From Elusimicrobiota bacterium (GTDB lineage: Bacteria > Elusimicrobiota > Elusimicrobia > UBA1565 > UBA9628), in contig JAUYSH010000110.1 of assembly GCA_030696455.1 (NCBI GenBank), positions 3,794 to 67,793 on the forward strand: a stretch of DNA of 64,000 nt, read 5' to 3'. The notes beneath the pieces were generated by a model that was not told where the DNA came from, made no database searches, and worked only from the letters and a program-made list of their open reading frames with translations. Below, piece by piece: positions 26,909 to 37,334 of the stretch (position 1 is the stretch's first letter; each line of letters starts with the position of its first letter). Both the position numbers and the translations under genes were made by a program.

Positions 26909-29900
26909 TTACTTCACGACGGCGAAGGACTGGAAGACCTCGCCCTCGACGGAATCCTTGATCTTGGCGACATAGACGCCCGACGCCACCACCCGGCCTC
27001 TCCCGTCCGTGCCGTCCCAGGCGATGGGAGCGCCGCCGGCGCGGTTCCGGTGGAACACCGGCCGTCCGCTCACGTCGAAGATGCGGACCTCCTGGGCGTT
27101 CGAGCCGAACAGCGCGGTATCATTGACGCCGTCCCGGCGCGCCGGGCTCAGGAACCTCTGGGCCGCCTTGCCGGTGGTCGCCGCCACGCCCGCCGCCGGC
27201 TCCGGGTCCGCCAGCGAGGCGATGGAGAGGCCGCCGGGGTTGATCTCCCGGACGCTCATCTTCTTGTAGACCAGGCCGTTCGTCCCGACGTTGTCGGAGC
27301 GGAAGTACACCGTGATGTTCGGCTTGCCCGATTCGCTTCCCGGGCGCGCGTCGCTGTTGGTGAGCTTCAGGCGCGGGTCGATGCCGGACGCGCAGGGCGC
27401 GCCGCCGACGCCGATGTTGGTCCCGTCATCGACGATCTCGTTGATCTTGCGCCAGCTGCCGCCGGCGAGGCCGTCGGTCTCGTCGAGGTAGGTCTCGACC
27501 TTCACGTTGCCGTCGGTCTGGTCGTAGATCACGTACTTGTAGCCGATCCACTTGTTGTGGGGCATGCCGCCCGACCAGACCTGCTTGCGGCTGACGGCCG
27601 TCGAGCTGGGATGGCTCGTCTCCTTCTCGATGTCGGTGTAGCCGTCGTAGCGGATGCGCGCCCCCATCCCGCGCGTGTCGCACAGGTTGGACGTCTCCGC
27701 GCCCGTGGTCCCGTGGTTGCTGCGCGCGATGCCCACGATGCCGCCATACGCGGTGCCGGAGTCGGCCACGCGCATGGCGTACACCGTCATCTCCACGTTG
27801 CGCCAGCTCTTGAGCTTTTGCGGGTCGTGGATGTACATGCGCGGCACCGGACCGCTGATCTTGAACAGCCCGTTGCCGTCCACGCTGTAGCTGGCGTTGC
27901 CGTGGTTGGCGTTGAACCACGGGTCCTGCGGGTCGACGCCGGTGAAGGTGCGGGCCACGCCGTTGGACCACGTGGACCACCACTCCTTGCCGTCGGCGAC
28001 GGTCTGATACAGCCGCGTGACGCCGAATTTGTCCGGCGTCGTGCCTCCGAAGGAAGGAGCCGTCGCGTTGACGGCCAACGCGCAGGCCGAGACCGACCCT
28101 CCCGTCGACAGCAGCCCCAGGTTGTCCAGGGACGTCGAGCTCGCCTGCCCCGACCGGAACGAGAAGCCCGAGCCGATGAGCTGCTCGGCTCCCGTCCCCT
28201 GGCGCACGTAGGCCGAGTAGGTCTTGGCCGCCATGTTCACGACCAGGCGAACATGGTACTTCGTCCCCGCGGTATAAGGGATGGAGGTCGCCGCGGTGTA
28301 GGCTCCGCCGTTGCGGGCGTCGATGCGTCCGGCGTTGTTGAAGCGCACGGCGGCCGCCAGCACGTTGTAGGATGCAGCGGGGCCCTTGGAAAGCCCCATC
28401 ACGCCGTCGATGTTCGCCGCGGAGGGCGTCGCGTCGAACTCGGCCGTGAACGACCCGGCCTGGCTCATGTAAGCCATGTTCTGCCAGGTCCCCGCGCTGT
28501 TGACGCAGGCCACGGGCGCGGCAACCGTGTTGGACACGGTCACCGAGTTCGCCGCGGACGTCGCGCTGTTGCCCGCCGCGTCCGTCGCGACCGCCGTCAG
28601 GCTGTGCGCGCCGTCGGGCGATCCCGTCGTGTTCCAGGCGTACGCATAAGGAGCCGCGGTGAGCGCCGGCCCCAGGTTCGCGCCGTCGAGCTTGAGCTGC
28701 ACCGAGGCCACGCCGACGTTATCCGACGCCGACGCCGTCACGTTCACCGTTCCCGACACCTTCGCGCCGGCGGCCGGAGCCGTCAGCGAGACGACCGGAG
28801 CCGTGGCGTCCACGGCCTTGACCGCCAATGCGCACGCCAAGGTCCCGCCGCTCGAGGCCAGGACCCCGAGGTTGTCGAGCGAGACGACGGTCGCCTGCTC
28901 GGAGCGGAAGGCGTAGTTCGAGCCGACGAGCTGCTCGGTCGCCGCCCCCTGCCGCACGTATGCCGAGTAGGTCCTGGCCGACGTGTTCACGACGAGACGC
29001 ACGCGGTACTTCGCCCCCGCCGTATAGGGGATCGCGGACGCCGCGGCGTACGCCGCGCCGTTGCGGGCGTCGATACGTCCGGCGTTGTTGAAGCGCACGA
29101 CCGCCGCCAGCGCCGCGTAGCCCGAGGCGGGACCGCGGGAAAGCCCGGTCACGCCGTCGATGTTCCCCGCCGAGGGCGTCGCGTCGTACTCGGCCGTGAA
29201 CGTCCCGTTCTGGCTCGCGTGAGCCAGGTTCTGCCACGTCCCCGCGCTGTTGACGCAGCCCACCGGCACGGGCACCGCGTTGTTCACCGTGAACGCACGG
29301 GCCGCCGACGTCGCGCTGTTGCCCGCCGCGTCCGTCGCGACCGCCGTCAGGCTGTGCGCGCCGTTGGCCGCGAGCTTCGTGTCCCAGGCGTACGCATAAG
29401 GAACCGCGGTCAGCGCCGGTCCCAGGTTCGCGCCGTCGAGCTTGAGCTGCACCGACGCCACGCCCACGTTGTCCGATGCGGATGCGGTCACGCTGACCGT
29501 GCCCGACACCGTAGCACCCTCGGCCGGAGCCGTCAGCGACACGACCGGAGCCGCGGCGTCCACCGTCTTGACCGCCAGGGCGCACGCCAACGTCTGGCCG
29601 CTCGAGGCCATGAGGCCCAGGTTGTCGAGCGAGGCGACGGTCGCCTGCTCGGAACGGAAGGCGTAGTTCTGACCGATGAGCTGCTCGGGACTGGTTCCCT
29701 GCCGCACGTAGGCCGAGTAGGTCTTGGCCGCCGTGTTCACGACGAGACGCACGCGATACTTCGTCCCCGCCGCATAAGGGACGGAAGCCGCCGCGGCGTA
29801 AGCCGCGCCGTTGCGGGCGTCGATCCGGCCGGCGTTGTTGAAGCGAACCGACGCCGCCAGCGCCGTGTAGCCCGCGGCGGGACCGCGGGAAAGGCCGGTC

Positions 29901-31120
29901 ACGCCGTCGATGCCAGCCGCCAAGGGCGTCGCGTCGTACTCGACCGTGAACGTCCCGTTCTGGCTCGCGTGAGCCATGTTCTGCCACGTCCCCGCGCTGT
30001 TGACGCAGCCGACGGGCACGGGGACCACGGCCGCGAGGGTCGTGAACGTCTGATCGGCCGACGTCGCCAGGTTGCCGGCGGCGTCGCGGGACTTCACGCG
30101 GTAATGGTAAAGCGTCGAGCCCTGCAGCCCCGAGAGAGCCGCGGAGTGGGCCGTGACGCGCGTCGTGTCGAGCGGGGTGGACAGGCCGTAGGAGGTCGTC
30201 GGGCCGTACTCCACCTGCGAGTCGGAGGCCTCGTTCGTGGTCCAAGCGATGGACGCGCCGGAAGAGGTGATCCCCGAAGGCGTGATGGCCGTGATGGAAG
30301 GCGCCGTCGTGTCCGCCGGAGGAGTGACCGTCCCGCCCGTCATCATGGCCTTATACAGGTTCGACAGCTCCGCCGTGGTGAGCAGGCGGTCGTGCACGGA
30401 CACCTTGCCGACGGCGCCCTGGAACCAGCTGTTGTAGTTGCGCGTGCCGATATTGAACGGCGAGTTGGTCGTTTGCGGAGTCACGTCGTATTGGCTCAAC
30501 GGCGTCGAGTCGCGAAGCACGCCGTTCTTATAGATGTCGACCGTGCCCTTGTTCATGTCGATGACGTCGGTGAGCATGATCCAGTCCGTCGTGGTGACCG
30601 TGTCCTGGAAGTAGCTGCCCGAGCCCAGCCCGCCGCTGGGGTTCCACTGGTAGACGGAGATGCGGTTGGGACGGCCGGCCGAGTTGACCTTCGAGTACAT
30701 GCGATTGGCGTACTCGTAGGCGCCCGGGAGACCCTTGCCGAGGATGTAGACGAAGTCCTCGTTCTCGGTATTGGGGAACTGCAGAGTGCTCGGCTTGATC
30801 CAAGCGACGATCGTGAGCACCCGCTTGGTCGGGACCGAGAGCTTCGGCGACGACGGCACGCTGAAGTACTGGTTCGAGCCGTTGAAGGACGCGGCCTTTT
30901 CACCGTTAGGCATCGTCGCCGACGCCGGTATGCCGCCCTTGAAGGATCCGACGTGTCCGTTTCCGCTCAAGTCGGCCGGCGCGGAGGCCGGGTCCGTATT
31001 CAGGAACATCACGGGCCCCAAGCTCAGGGCCGTCTGGTCGTACGCGCTCGCGGCCTTCGCGCTCTGTGCGGAGAGCGCGAGAAGCACGGCGGCGGCTGCG
31101 ATCTTGATCATGTTTTTCAT
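26909..31120 (-). CDS. Large secreted modular protein: LamG, FN3-like, repeated beta-module plus Ig domains, lyase-like domain, FlgD/T9SS-type-B-like C-terminus
   Basis: Signal peptide; [14 protein letters not shown]; [12 protein letters not shown] Ig repeats; [12 protein letters not shown] and [16 protein letters not shown]. Confidence 0.85.
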   Translation of the reverse strand: MKNMIKIAAAAVLLALSAQSAKAASAYDQTALSLGPVMFLNTDPASAPADLSGNGHVGSFKGGIPASATMPNGEKAASFNGSNQYFSVPSSPKLSVPTKRVLTIVAWIKPSTLQFPNTENEDFVYILGKGLPGAYEYANRMYSKVNSAGRPNRISVYQWNPSGGLGSGSYFQDTVTTTDWIMLTDVIDMNKGTVDIYKNGVLRDSTPLSQYDVTPQTTNSPFNIGTRNYNSWFQGAVGKVSVHDRLLTTAELSNLYKAMMTGGTVTPPADTTAPSITAITPSGITSSGASIAWTTNEASDSQVEYGPTTSYGLSTPLDTTRVTAHSAALSGLQGSTLYHYRVKSRDAAGNLATSADQTFTTLAAVVPVPVGCVNSAGTWQNMAHASQNGTFTVEYDATPLAAGIDGVTGLSRGPAAGYTALAASVRFNNAGRIDARNGAAYAAAASVPYAAGTKYRVRLVVNTAAKTYSAYVRQGTSPEQLIGQNYAFRSEQATVASLDNLGLMASSGQTLACALAVKTVDAAAPVVSLTAPAEGATVSGTVSVTASASDNVGVASVQLKLDGANLGPALTAVPYAYAWDTKLAANGAHSLTAVATDAAGNSATSAARAFTVNNAVPVPVGCVNSAGTWQNLAHASQNGTFTAEYDATPSAGNIDGVTGLSRGPASGYAALAAVVRFNNAGRIDARNGAAYAAASAIPYTAGAKYRVRLVVNTSARTYSAYVRQGAATEQLVGSNYAFRSEQATVVSLDNLGVLASSGGTLACALAVKAVDATAPVVSLTAPAAGAKVSGTVNVTASASDNVGVASVQLKLDGANLGPALTAAPYAYAWNTTGSPDGAHSLTAVATDAAGNSATSAANSVTVSNTVAAPVACVNSAGTWQNMAYMSQAGSFTAEFDATPSAANIDGVMGLSKGPAASYNVLAAAVRFNNAGRIDARNGGAYTAATSIPYTAGTKYHVRLVVNMAAKTYSAYVRQGTGAEQLIGSGFSFRSGQASSTSLDNLGLLSTGGSVSACALAVNATAPSFGGTTPDKFGVTRLYQTVADGKEWWSTWSNGVARTFTGVDPQDPWFNANHGNASYSVDGNGLFKISGPVPRMYIHDPQKLKSWRNVEMTVYAMRVADSGTAYGGIVGIARSNHGTTGAETSNLCDTRGMGARIRYDGYTDIEKETSHPSSTAVSRKQVWSGGMPHNKWIGYKYVIYDQTDGNVKVETYLDETDGLAGGSWRKINEIVDDGTNIGVGGAPCASGIDPRLKLTNSDARPGSESGKPNITVYFRSDNVGTNGLVYKKMSVREINPGGLSIASLADPEPAAGVAATTGKAAQRFLSPARRDGVNDTALFGSNAQEVRIFDVSGRPVFHRNRAGGAPIAWDGTDGRGRVVASGVYVAKIKDSVEGEVFQSFAVVK
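28070..30020 (-). repeat. Intragenic tandem repeat, 750-bp period, about 2.6 units
   Basis: CCCGCGCTGTTGACGCAG at 28491, 29241 and 29991. Confidence 0.9.
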
Positions 31121-31126
31121 AGTGTT

Positions 31127-32086
31127 TTATTTACCCTCGCCAAAACGGTATTTGAGTCCGATCATGTGCGTCCCGGCGTTGTCCGATGCCAGGGTGCGCG
31201 CGATGATGACGGCGTAGTCGAAGCTGAACTTGCCCACGTCGACGCCGATGCCGGCGCTGATTTGCTCGGTGTTCGCCCCGGCGCGGAAGGCGACGCGCTC
31301 CTCCATGAAGCGCTTCTCGAGGCCCACGGCGGGGACCGCGCGGTCCTTGGCCCGGCCGAACTTATCGTCGCGGTACAGCACGTCGCCGTTGACGCGCAGC
31401 CTCCACGGCTTGACGTCGTAGCTCGCCCCCGCCTGATACTCGCGGGGCACGCGGTCCTCGGAGGCGAGGCCCACGTCGGGGCTGTTGATGTTGCGGACCG
31501 ACGCGCCCGCGGAGAAGGACTCCGTGAGTTCCGCCATCAGACCCGCGTCGAAGGCGGCGGCGCCCTTGGCGGTGCCGTTGGCGAACACGGGATCGGACGC
31601 CGCGAGCGGGTCGGAGCCCGTCAGGTAGTCATGGTGAAGGTATTTCACGGCCAGGCCGGCCGAGACCTTCCCGAACAAACGGCGAGAGAGGCTCACCGAG
31701 GCCATGCGCTCATCGAGGAGGCCCTCCGCGTGGAAGTTGGCGATGCCGACGCCGATCACGCCCGCCCGGGTGGGCACGGCCGCGGCGATGAGGCCTTGGC
31801 CGATGTTGGCGCTCTCCTGCCCCGCGTGAAGCTTATTATAGAGGAAGTACGCCTCCGCGCGTTCGAGCCCGGCCCCGGAGGCGGCGTTTTGAAACAACGC
31901 CCCCGATTCGGATTCCCCATAGACCGACACGCCGCCCATGGCGGCGCTACGGGCGCTCGTCAAGGGGTACTGGAAAGCCGCGAAGGCGGGCGACGCGGAG
32001 ACGGCGAGCAGAAGCGCGGCGCCCAGGAATCGGACGTCGCCAAAAGACGGGATGCGGCGAGGCGTCTTGCGATTTCTCGTCATCAT
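31127..32086 (-). CDS. PorP/SprF- or PorV-like outer-membrane beta-barrel
   Basis: SARSAAMGG, LFQNAAS, SAGLAVKYL, DAGL, RNINSP, FSFDYA, THMIGLKYRF. Confidence 0.75.
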   Translation of the reverse strand: MMTRNRKTPRRIPSFGDVRFLGAALLLAVSASPAFAAFQYPLTSARSAAMGGVSVYGESESGALFQNAASGAGLERAEAYFLYNKLHAGQESANIGQGLIAAAVPTRAGVIGVGIANFHAEGLLDERMASVSLSRRLFGKVSAGLAVKYLHHDYLTGSDPLAASDPVFANGTAKGAAAFDAGLMAELTESFSAGASVRNINSPDVGLASEDRVPREYQAGASYDVKPWRLRVNGDVLYRDDKFGRAKDRAVPAVGLEKRFMEERVAFRAGANTEQISAGIGVDVGKFSFDYAVIIARTLASDNAGTHMIGLKYRFGEGK

Positions 32087-32456
32087 AATGGGGGGGCAAA
32101 GCCTCCCGTGCGTCGGATGCGCGCCCTGGCGGGCGAGGCCTCAGAGGATCGGTGCGCCGGATCCTAGAAGCTGCCGCCGGCATGGTCGCCGGCGGCTTCG
32201 TATGCGATCGTCGCCGCCCGGGCGGGCGGCCTCTCGCCGGGGACTGCGGGCGAGGTCACGGCTGGGAAACGTCAGCGTCATGCGTCCACAACAAGATACA
32301 TGCTGGAACGGCGGGCCGCAAGGCCATTTCGGGGATTTAGGGATTATTTGAACGCCGCCGTCACATGTCCAAGACGCGTCCGTGATGGATCTTTAACCGC
32401 GCGGACATGGACGACCGGGGAATGCGGGCGTAGAATGAGCGGGGCGAGGAGGAAGC

Positions 32457-33665
32457 ATGAGAAGCCTGCGTGAAGCGGAGCCGGTCGTCCCGCACATCGT
32501 CGTCCTCGCCCCCGCCGCGAACGGCCCTTCGGTCCCGGGAGCCGCCGCGCCGGTCTACTTCCGTCCCATGATCGGCTGGGCGCTCGCCGCCGCCGCCGGC
32601 CTCCCTCGCGGGGCCATCGGGGTCTCGGGGCCCGCCTCGGAGGCCGAGCTGGCCGACGCGCTGCGCGGCTTCCCCGGGGTGCGCTCCTACGGTTCGCAGG
32701 CGTCGCCGCGCGACGCCGCCCGCGCGGCGGCGGCGGCCGAGTCTGCGAAGCGCGACGTGCTGGTGCTCGACGGCGCCCGCGTGCTCCTAGCACCCGCGGA
32801 CCTCGAAACGCTCCTCGTCCGGCACGCGGCGGGCATTTCTCTCTGCACCTTCCTGTCCTCCCCCGACGGCTCCCCGGCCGGCGCGTGGTGCTTCCGGCGG
32901 GAGGCCCTGGACGCGGACGGCGAGCTCCCCTGCGAGCCGGTCGCCTTGCGCGACCCCGAGGGGGCGCTCGCGATCACCGGCCTGGACAGCCTCGCGGCGG
33001 CCGAGCGGCTTCTGCAGGACAGGCTCAACGGCGAACTGCTGCGCCGCGGCGTCCTCCTCGCGGACCCGCGCACCACCCGTGTGGACCCCGCATGCCGGCT
33101 GGCGCCGGGCTCCGTCATCGAGGGCGGCTGCGACCTGGTCAACACCTCCATCGCGGCCGGGGCGCGCGTCGAGGCCTTCTGCCGCCTGACGAACGCCGAC
33201 ATCGGCGAAGAAAGCGTCGTGCGTCTTTCCTCGATCGTCGAATCGAGCCGCCTGGGGAAGGGCTGCCGCGTCGGGCCCTTCGCGACGGTCGCGGGCTCGA
33301 AGCTTGACGACGAGGCGTCGGCGGGGAGCTACGCCGAGCTGATGAACACGACCCTCGGCCGGGGCACCCAGGCGGGAGGCCACAGCTACCTCTGGAACTG
33401 CACGGTGGGGCAAGACGTCGAGATCGGACGCGGCTTCCTGTCCACCGGCCCGGGCGACGCCCGCCAAACCGTCATCGAAGACGACGCCTTCATCGGCGCC
33501 GCCTGCCACGTCGTGGCGGCGGTCACCGTGGGACGCGGGGCCTTCATCGCGACGGGCACCAGCATCACCGACGACGCGCCCGCCGGTTCCTTCGTCATCA
33601 GCCGCGGCCGCCAGGTCGTCAAAACCGGCCACGCCCGCTCCCACGCCCCCCGCCGGCGTCCCTGA
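32457..33665 (+). CDS. Degenerate GlmU-like protein (NTP-transferase-like plus hexapeptide LbH)
   Basis: GVLLADPRTT, VGPFA, GHSYL, TVIEDDAFIG, VTVGRGAFIATGTSITDD; signature motifs altered. Confidence 0.75.
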   Translation: MRSLREAEPVVPHIVVLAPAANGPSVPGAAAPVYFRPMIGWALAAAAGLPRGAIGVSGPASEAELADALRGFPGVRSYGSQASPRDAARAAAAAESAKRDVLVLDGARVLLAPADLETLLVRHAAGISLCTFLSSPDGSPAGAWCFRREALDADGELPCEPVALRDPEGALAITGLDSLAAAERLLQDRLNGELLRRGVLLADPRTTRVDPACRLAPGSVIEGGCDLVNTSIAAGARVEAFCRLTNADIGEESVVRLSSIVESSRLGKGCRVGPFATVAGSKLDDEASAGSYAELMNTTLGRGTQAGGHSYLWNCTVGQDVEIGRGFLSTGPGDARQTVIEDDAFIGAACHVVAAVTVGRGAFIATGTSITDDAPAGSFVISRGRQVVKTGHARSHAPRRRP

Positions 33666-33671
33666 GCATCC

Positions 33672-33718
33672 GTCATCCTCATTGCCGCCAGCGCTGCGGT
33701 AAAGGGGATAACCTCATC
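33672..33718. repeat. Intergenic hairpin repeat, copy 1 (GTCATCCTC...GGGGATAACCTCATC)
   Basis: Same flanks at 61583-61630. Confidence 0.85.
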
Positions 33719-33743
33719 ATCGTCACCCCCGCACAAGACCCTC

Positions 33744-33772
33744 TTGCTTAATGCGGAGCCGTCCTGTACACT
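33744..33772 (+). promoter_or_regulatory. Sigma70 promoter TTGCTT-N17-TACACT (leaderless arrangement)
   Basis: -10 box ends 6 nt before ATG 33779. Confidence 0.65.
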
Positions 33773-33778
33773 GGCCGC

Positions 33779-34138
33779 ATGTCCGGACTCAACAAGGCCT
33801 TGCTCGCGGTTATGGTCGCCATCGGCGGCTACAACGCCTGGGGAACGTACCGTCAAAAGCTCCTCCCGATGGCGCCGTTGTACCCCAAGCCCTACGTCAT
33901 AGTTTATGGACGGGAGAGCTGCGGCAACTGCCAGGCGATGCGCCGGGGTCTCGAAGAGCGCGGCGTCCCGTACGTCTGGAAGATCATCGACGAGGACCCC
34001 GGCCGGACCGAGGCCTTTTCGCGCATGAAGGAGGCTGGGCTCGACATCCGGAGGTTCACCTTGCCCGTCGTGGACGTCAACGCCGAGATCCTCGTACAGC
34101 CCGGCTCGCCGGCCGTCATCGCCAAGTACCGCCTCTAA
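33779..34138 (+). CDS. Glutaredoxin-like protein with N-terminal membrane anchor
   Basis: YGRESCGNC, TLPVVDVN. Confidence 0.85.
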   Translation: MSGLNKALLAVMVAIGGYNAWGTYRQKLLPMAPLYPKPYVIVYGRESCGNCQAMRRGLEERGVPYVWKIIDEDPGRTEAFSRMKEAGLDIRRFTLPVVDVNAEILVQPGSPAVIAKYRL

Positions 34139-34163
34139 ACGGCGGCCTCCCTCTCACCCCGGG

Positions 34164-34179
34164 CTATCCTCAAGGATAG
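34164..34179. repeat. Palindrome CTATCCTCAAGGATAG in the leuS promoter region
   Basis: Reverse-orientation copy of the 49670 motif, 5 bp upstream of TATAAT (34185-34190). Confidence 0.8.
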
Positions 34180-34196
34180 TTCGCTATAATCCTCGT

Positions 34197-36716
34197 GTGA
34201 AGACCGAACATATCCCCTTCGCCGAGATCGAGAAGAAGTGGCGGGACCGCTGGGAGGCCGAAGGGGTCTTCCGCGCGCCGAGGACGCCGCGGCCGGGCCG
34301 GAAGTTCTACTGCCTCGACATGTTCCCCTACCCCTCCGCCGCCGGCCTCCACGTCGGGCATCCCGAGGGCTACACCGCCACCGACATCCTGTGCCGCTAC
34401 AAGCGCATGAAGGACTTCGACGTCCTGCATCCGATGGGCTGGGACGCGTTCGGCCTGCCCGCGGAGAACTTCGCCATCGCGACGGGCACGCATCCGGCGA
34501 AGGTCACGCGCGACAACGTCGAGAACTTCCGCCGCCAGATCAAGTCGCTGGGGTTCTCCTACGACTGGGACCGGGAGGTCGACACCACCGACCCCGGCTA
34601 CTACAAGTGGACGCAGTGGATCTTCCTGCAGCTGTTCAAGAAGGGCCTCGCCTACGAGAGCACGGCCCCGATCAATTTCTGCCCCTCGTGCAAGACCGGC
34701 CTGGCCAACGAGGAGGTCTTCAACGGGGCGTGCGAACGCTGCGGGACCAAGGTCGAGCGCAAGAACATCCGCCAGTGGGTCCTCAAGATCACGGCGTACG
34801 CCGACCGTCTCGAATCCGACCTCGCCGGCCTCGACTGGCCCGAATCGACGATCTCGATGCAGCGGCACTGGGTCGGGCGCTCCGAGGGCGCCGAGGTCGA
34901 GTTCAAGTCCGAGGGCGGGGACTCGATCAAGGTCTTCACCACCCGCCCGGACACCTTGTTCGGCGCGACCTATATGGTTCTCGCGCCGGAGCACGCGCTC
35001 GTGAGCAAAATCACGACGCCCGCGCAGAAGGCGGCCGTGACGGCCTACGCCGCCGCGGCCGGGAACAAGTCCGACCTCGAGCGCACGGAGCTTCAGAAGG
35101 ACAAGACCGGCGTCGCGACGGGCGGCTTCGCGATCAATCCCGTCAATGGGGCGAAGATACCGGTTTACATCGCGGACTACGTGCTGGGGTCCTACGGCAC
35201 GGGAGCCATCATGGCGGTGCCGGCGCACGACGAGCGGGATCATGAATTCGCCGTGAAGTACGACATCGATATAAAGACCGTGGTTTTGCCGCCCGCGGGG
35301 ACGGTGCTCGAGGAAAGCACGGCGTTCACGGGGGAAGGAACGGCAACGAATTCGGGACTCCTGGACGGCCTTACAACGGCCGAGGCCAAGGAACGGATTG
35401 TCGCTTGGCTTGAAGAGAAGGGCCTCGGGGCCAAGCGGGTAAACTATAAACTGCGGGACTGGCTTTTTTCGCGGCAACGGTATTGGGGAGAGCCGATTCC
35501 GATAGTGCACTGCTCGAAGTGTGGAGTAGTGCCTGTGCCTGAATCGCAGCTGCCGCTGCGATTGCCGGAGGTGGCCGATTTTAAACCGACCGGCACCGGA
35601 GAATCGCCTTTGGCGAACGTCGCGGACTGGGTCAACACGGCTTGCCCCGCCTGCGGCGGGGCGGCCAAGCGCGAGACGAACACCATGCCGCAGTGGGCGG
35701 GCTCGTGCTGGTACTACCTCCGCTTCATCGATCCGAAGAACACCGCGACCGCTTGGGATAAGGATCTCGAGAAATCCTGGGGACCGGTGGATTGCTACGT
35801 CGGAGGAGCGGAGCACGCGGTGCTCCACCTCCTCTACGCCCGCTTCTGGCATAAAGTCCTTTTTGATCTCGGCTTCGTCTCCACCAAGGAGCCCTTCCAG
35901 AAGCTCCGCCACCAGGGGATGATCCTTTCGTACTCCAACCGCGACGCCAAAGGGAACTACCACCCCTACGAAGACGTCGAATACGACGAGAAGGGGCAGG
36001 CCAAGCTCGCGGCCACCGGCGAGGTTCTCGCTTCTCAAGTCGAGAAGATGTCGAAGTCGAAGAAAAACGTAGTCAATCCCGACACCGTCCTCAAGCGCTA
36101 CGGCGCGGACTCCTTCCGCCTGTACGAGATGTTCATGGGCCCCTTCGAGCAGGCCAAGCCCTGGGACATGCGCAGCATCGAAGGGGTGCACCGGTTTCTC
36201 AAGCGCGCCTATGTCCTGATAAACGACATGGACCATCCGCCGAAGGCGGATGAAGGTCACACGGCTCTTCGGCACCGCACGATCAAGAAGGTCGGCGAGG
36301 ATATCGAAGCTTTCGGCTTCAACACCGCGATCTCGGCATTGATGATCTACTTGAACGCTCTTCAGGCTGATAATGCGCCGTCGAAGATAGACCTCGATAC
36401 GTTTTTAATTCTTTTAAATCCGTTCGCCCCTCATCTGACCGAGGAGCTGTGGTCTAAGCTAGGCCACGAAGATCTGCTCTGCCGTCAGCCGTGGCCGTCG
36501 TGGGACCCCAAACACCTCGTCGACGCCACCATCGAATACCCCGTCCAGGTGAACGGCAAGCTGCGCGACACTTTCACGATCGCGGCCGACGCGCCGGACG
36601 ACCTCGTCAAGGAGACGGCGATCAAGCTCGTGAAGGTTCAGAACGCCGTCGGAACCCAAAAGATCTTAAAGATAATCCTCATCCCCAAAAAGCTCGTCTC
36701 CCTGGTGGTCAAATGA
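34197..36716 (+). CDS. leuS: Leucine--tRNA ligase
   Basis: MFPYPS..GLHVGH, GWDAFGLPAEN, FTTRPDT, GTGAIMAVPAHD, SRQRYWGEP, KMSKS. Confidence 0.98.
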   Translation: MKTEHIPFAEIEKKWRDRWEAEGVFRAPRTPRPGRKFYCLDMFPYPSAAGLHVGHPEGYTATDILCRYKRMKDFDVLHPMGWDAFGLPAENFAIATGTHPAKVTRDNVENFRRQIKSLGFSYDWDREVDTTDPGYYKWTQWIFLQLFKKGLAYESTAPINFCPSCKTGLANEEVFNGACERCGTKVERKNIRQWVLKITAYADRLESDLAGLDWPESTISMQRHWVGRSEGAEVEFKSEGGDSIKVFTTRPDTLFGATYMVLAPEHALVSKITTPAQKAAVTAYAAAAGNKSDLERTELQKDKTGVATGGFAINPVNGAKIPVYIADYVLGSYGTGAIMAVPAHDERDHEFAVKYDIDIKTVVLPPAGTVLEESTAFTGEGTATNSGLLDGLTTAEAKERIVAWLEEKGLGAKRVNYKLRDWLFSRQRYWGEPIPIVHCSKCGVVPVPESQLPLRLPEVADFKPTGTGESPLANVADWVNTACPACGGAAKRETNTMPQWAGSCWYYLRFIDPKNTATAWDKDLEKSWGPVDCYVGGAEHAVLHLLYARFWHKVLFDLGFVSTKEPFQKLRHQGMILSYSNRDAKGNYHPYEDVEYDEKGQAKLAATGEVLASQVEKMSKSKKNVVNPDTVLKRYGADSFRLYEMFMGPFEQAKPWDMRSIEGVHRFLKRAYVLINDMDHPPKADEGHTALRHRTIKKVGEDIEAFGFNTAISALMIYLNALQADNAPSKIDLDTFLILLNPFAPHLTEELWSKLGHEDLLCRQPWPSWDPKHLVDATIEYPVQVNGKLRDTFTIAADAPDDLVKETAIKLVKVQNAVGTQKILKIILIPKKLVSLVVK

Positions 36717-37330
36717 TCAAGAGACTGATTCCCCTCGTTCTGATCGCGCTCGCCTGCGCCTGCGGCACCGACGTCGCCTACAAGCCGACCCCGCAGCTCC
36801 TCCCCCAGCACGTCCAGCGCCTGGCCCTGCGGCCGGTCGTCAACAAGACCCAGCAGTTCGGGCTCGAGGACAAGCTGATGCTGCGCGTGCGCGACGAGTT
36901 CCTGCGCGACGGCCGCTATCCGCTGGTGCCCGAGCCGGAGTCGCAGGGCATCGTCGGGATCACCGTTTCGCGCTACATCCTGACCGCGGTGCAGTACGAC
37001 GCCACGCAGGCCGCGACGGCCTACAAGCTGCGCATCCTCGTCGACCTCGCGTTCGTGGACAAGAGCACGAACCAGATCCTCTGGGAGGAGAAGAACCTCG
37101 AGGGCATCCTCTCCTTCCCCGCTCAAACCCTCAGAGGGGGTTTGACTGAAGAACAGGCGCGCGAGCAGATCTGGGACATCCTGGCGCGCAACATCGTCAA
37201 GCGCGTCGTGGACGGCTTCGGCTCGGTCACCGGCACGTCGGAGCGCCGCATCACCGGCGACGCCCCTTCGACGCAGCCCGCCGCCAAGCCAGAGGAGCCG
37301 CTCAAGCCCGTCATCACCAACCCGTACTGA
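36713..37330 (+). CDS. lptE: LPS-assembly lipoprotein LptE-like
   Basis: Lipoprotein signal (LACAC), NKT..FGLE; conserved position between leuS and holA. Confidence 0.75.
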   Translation: MIKRLIPLVLIALACACGTDVAYKPTPQLLPQHVQRLALRPVVNKTQQFGLEDKLMLRVRDEFLRDGRYPLVPEPESQGIVGITVSRYILTAVQYDATQAATAYKLRILVDLAFVDKSTNQILWEEKNLEGILSFPAQTLRGGLTEEQAREQIWDILARNIVKRVVDGFGSVTGTSERRITGDAPSTQPAAKPEEPLKPVITNPY

Positions 37331-37334
37331 GGCG

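Noticed and set aside
32091-32140. GCAAAGCCTCC resembles part of a c-di-GMP-I riboswitch
   Set aside because: The upstream GGCAAAC/GAAA-tetraloop stem is absent and the orientation is opposite to the adjacent gene
27050-32167. 1705-aa plus-strand ORF, and many other long Arg/Gly/Ala-rich ORFs in the track
   Set aside because: These are antisense or off-frame shadows of real high-GC genes, with no motifs and composition typical of shadow frames
32100-32450. Possible arrest-peptide leader upstream of the PorP-like gene
   Set aside because: The minus-strand frames I read gave no ORF with a hydrophobic N-terminus and a RAPP/RAGP end
33672-33718. Resemblance of CCAGCG..GGGGATAA to type I-E CRISPR repeats
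   Set aside because: Only two isolated copies 28 kb apart, with no repeat-spacer periodicity
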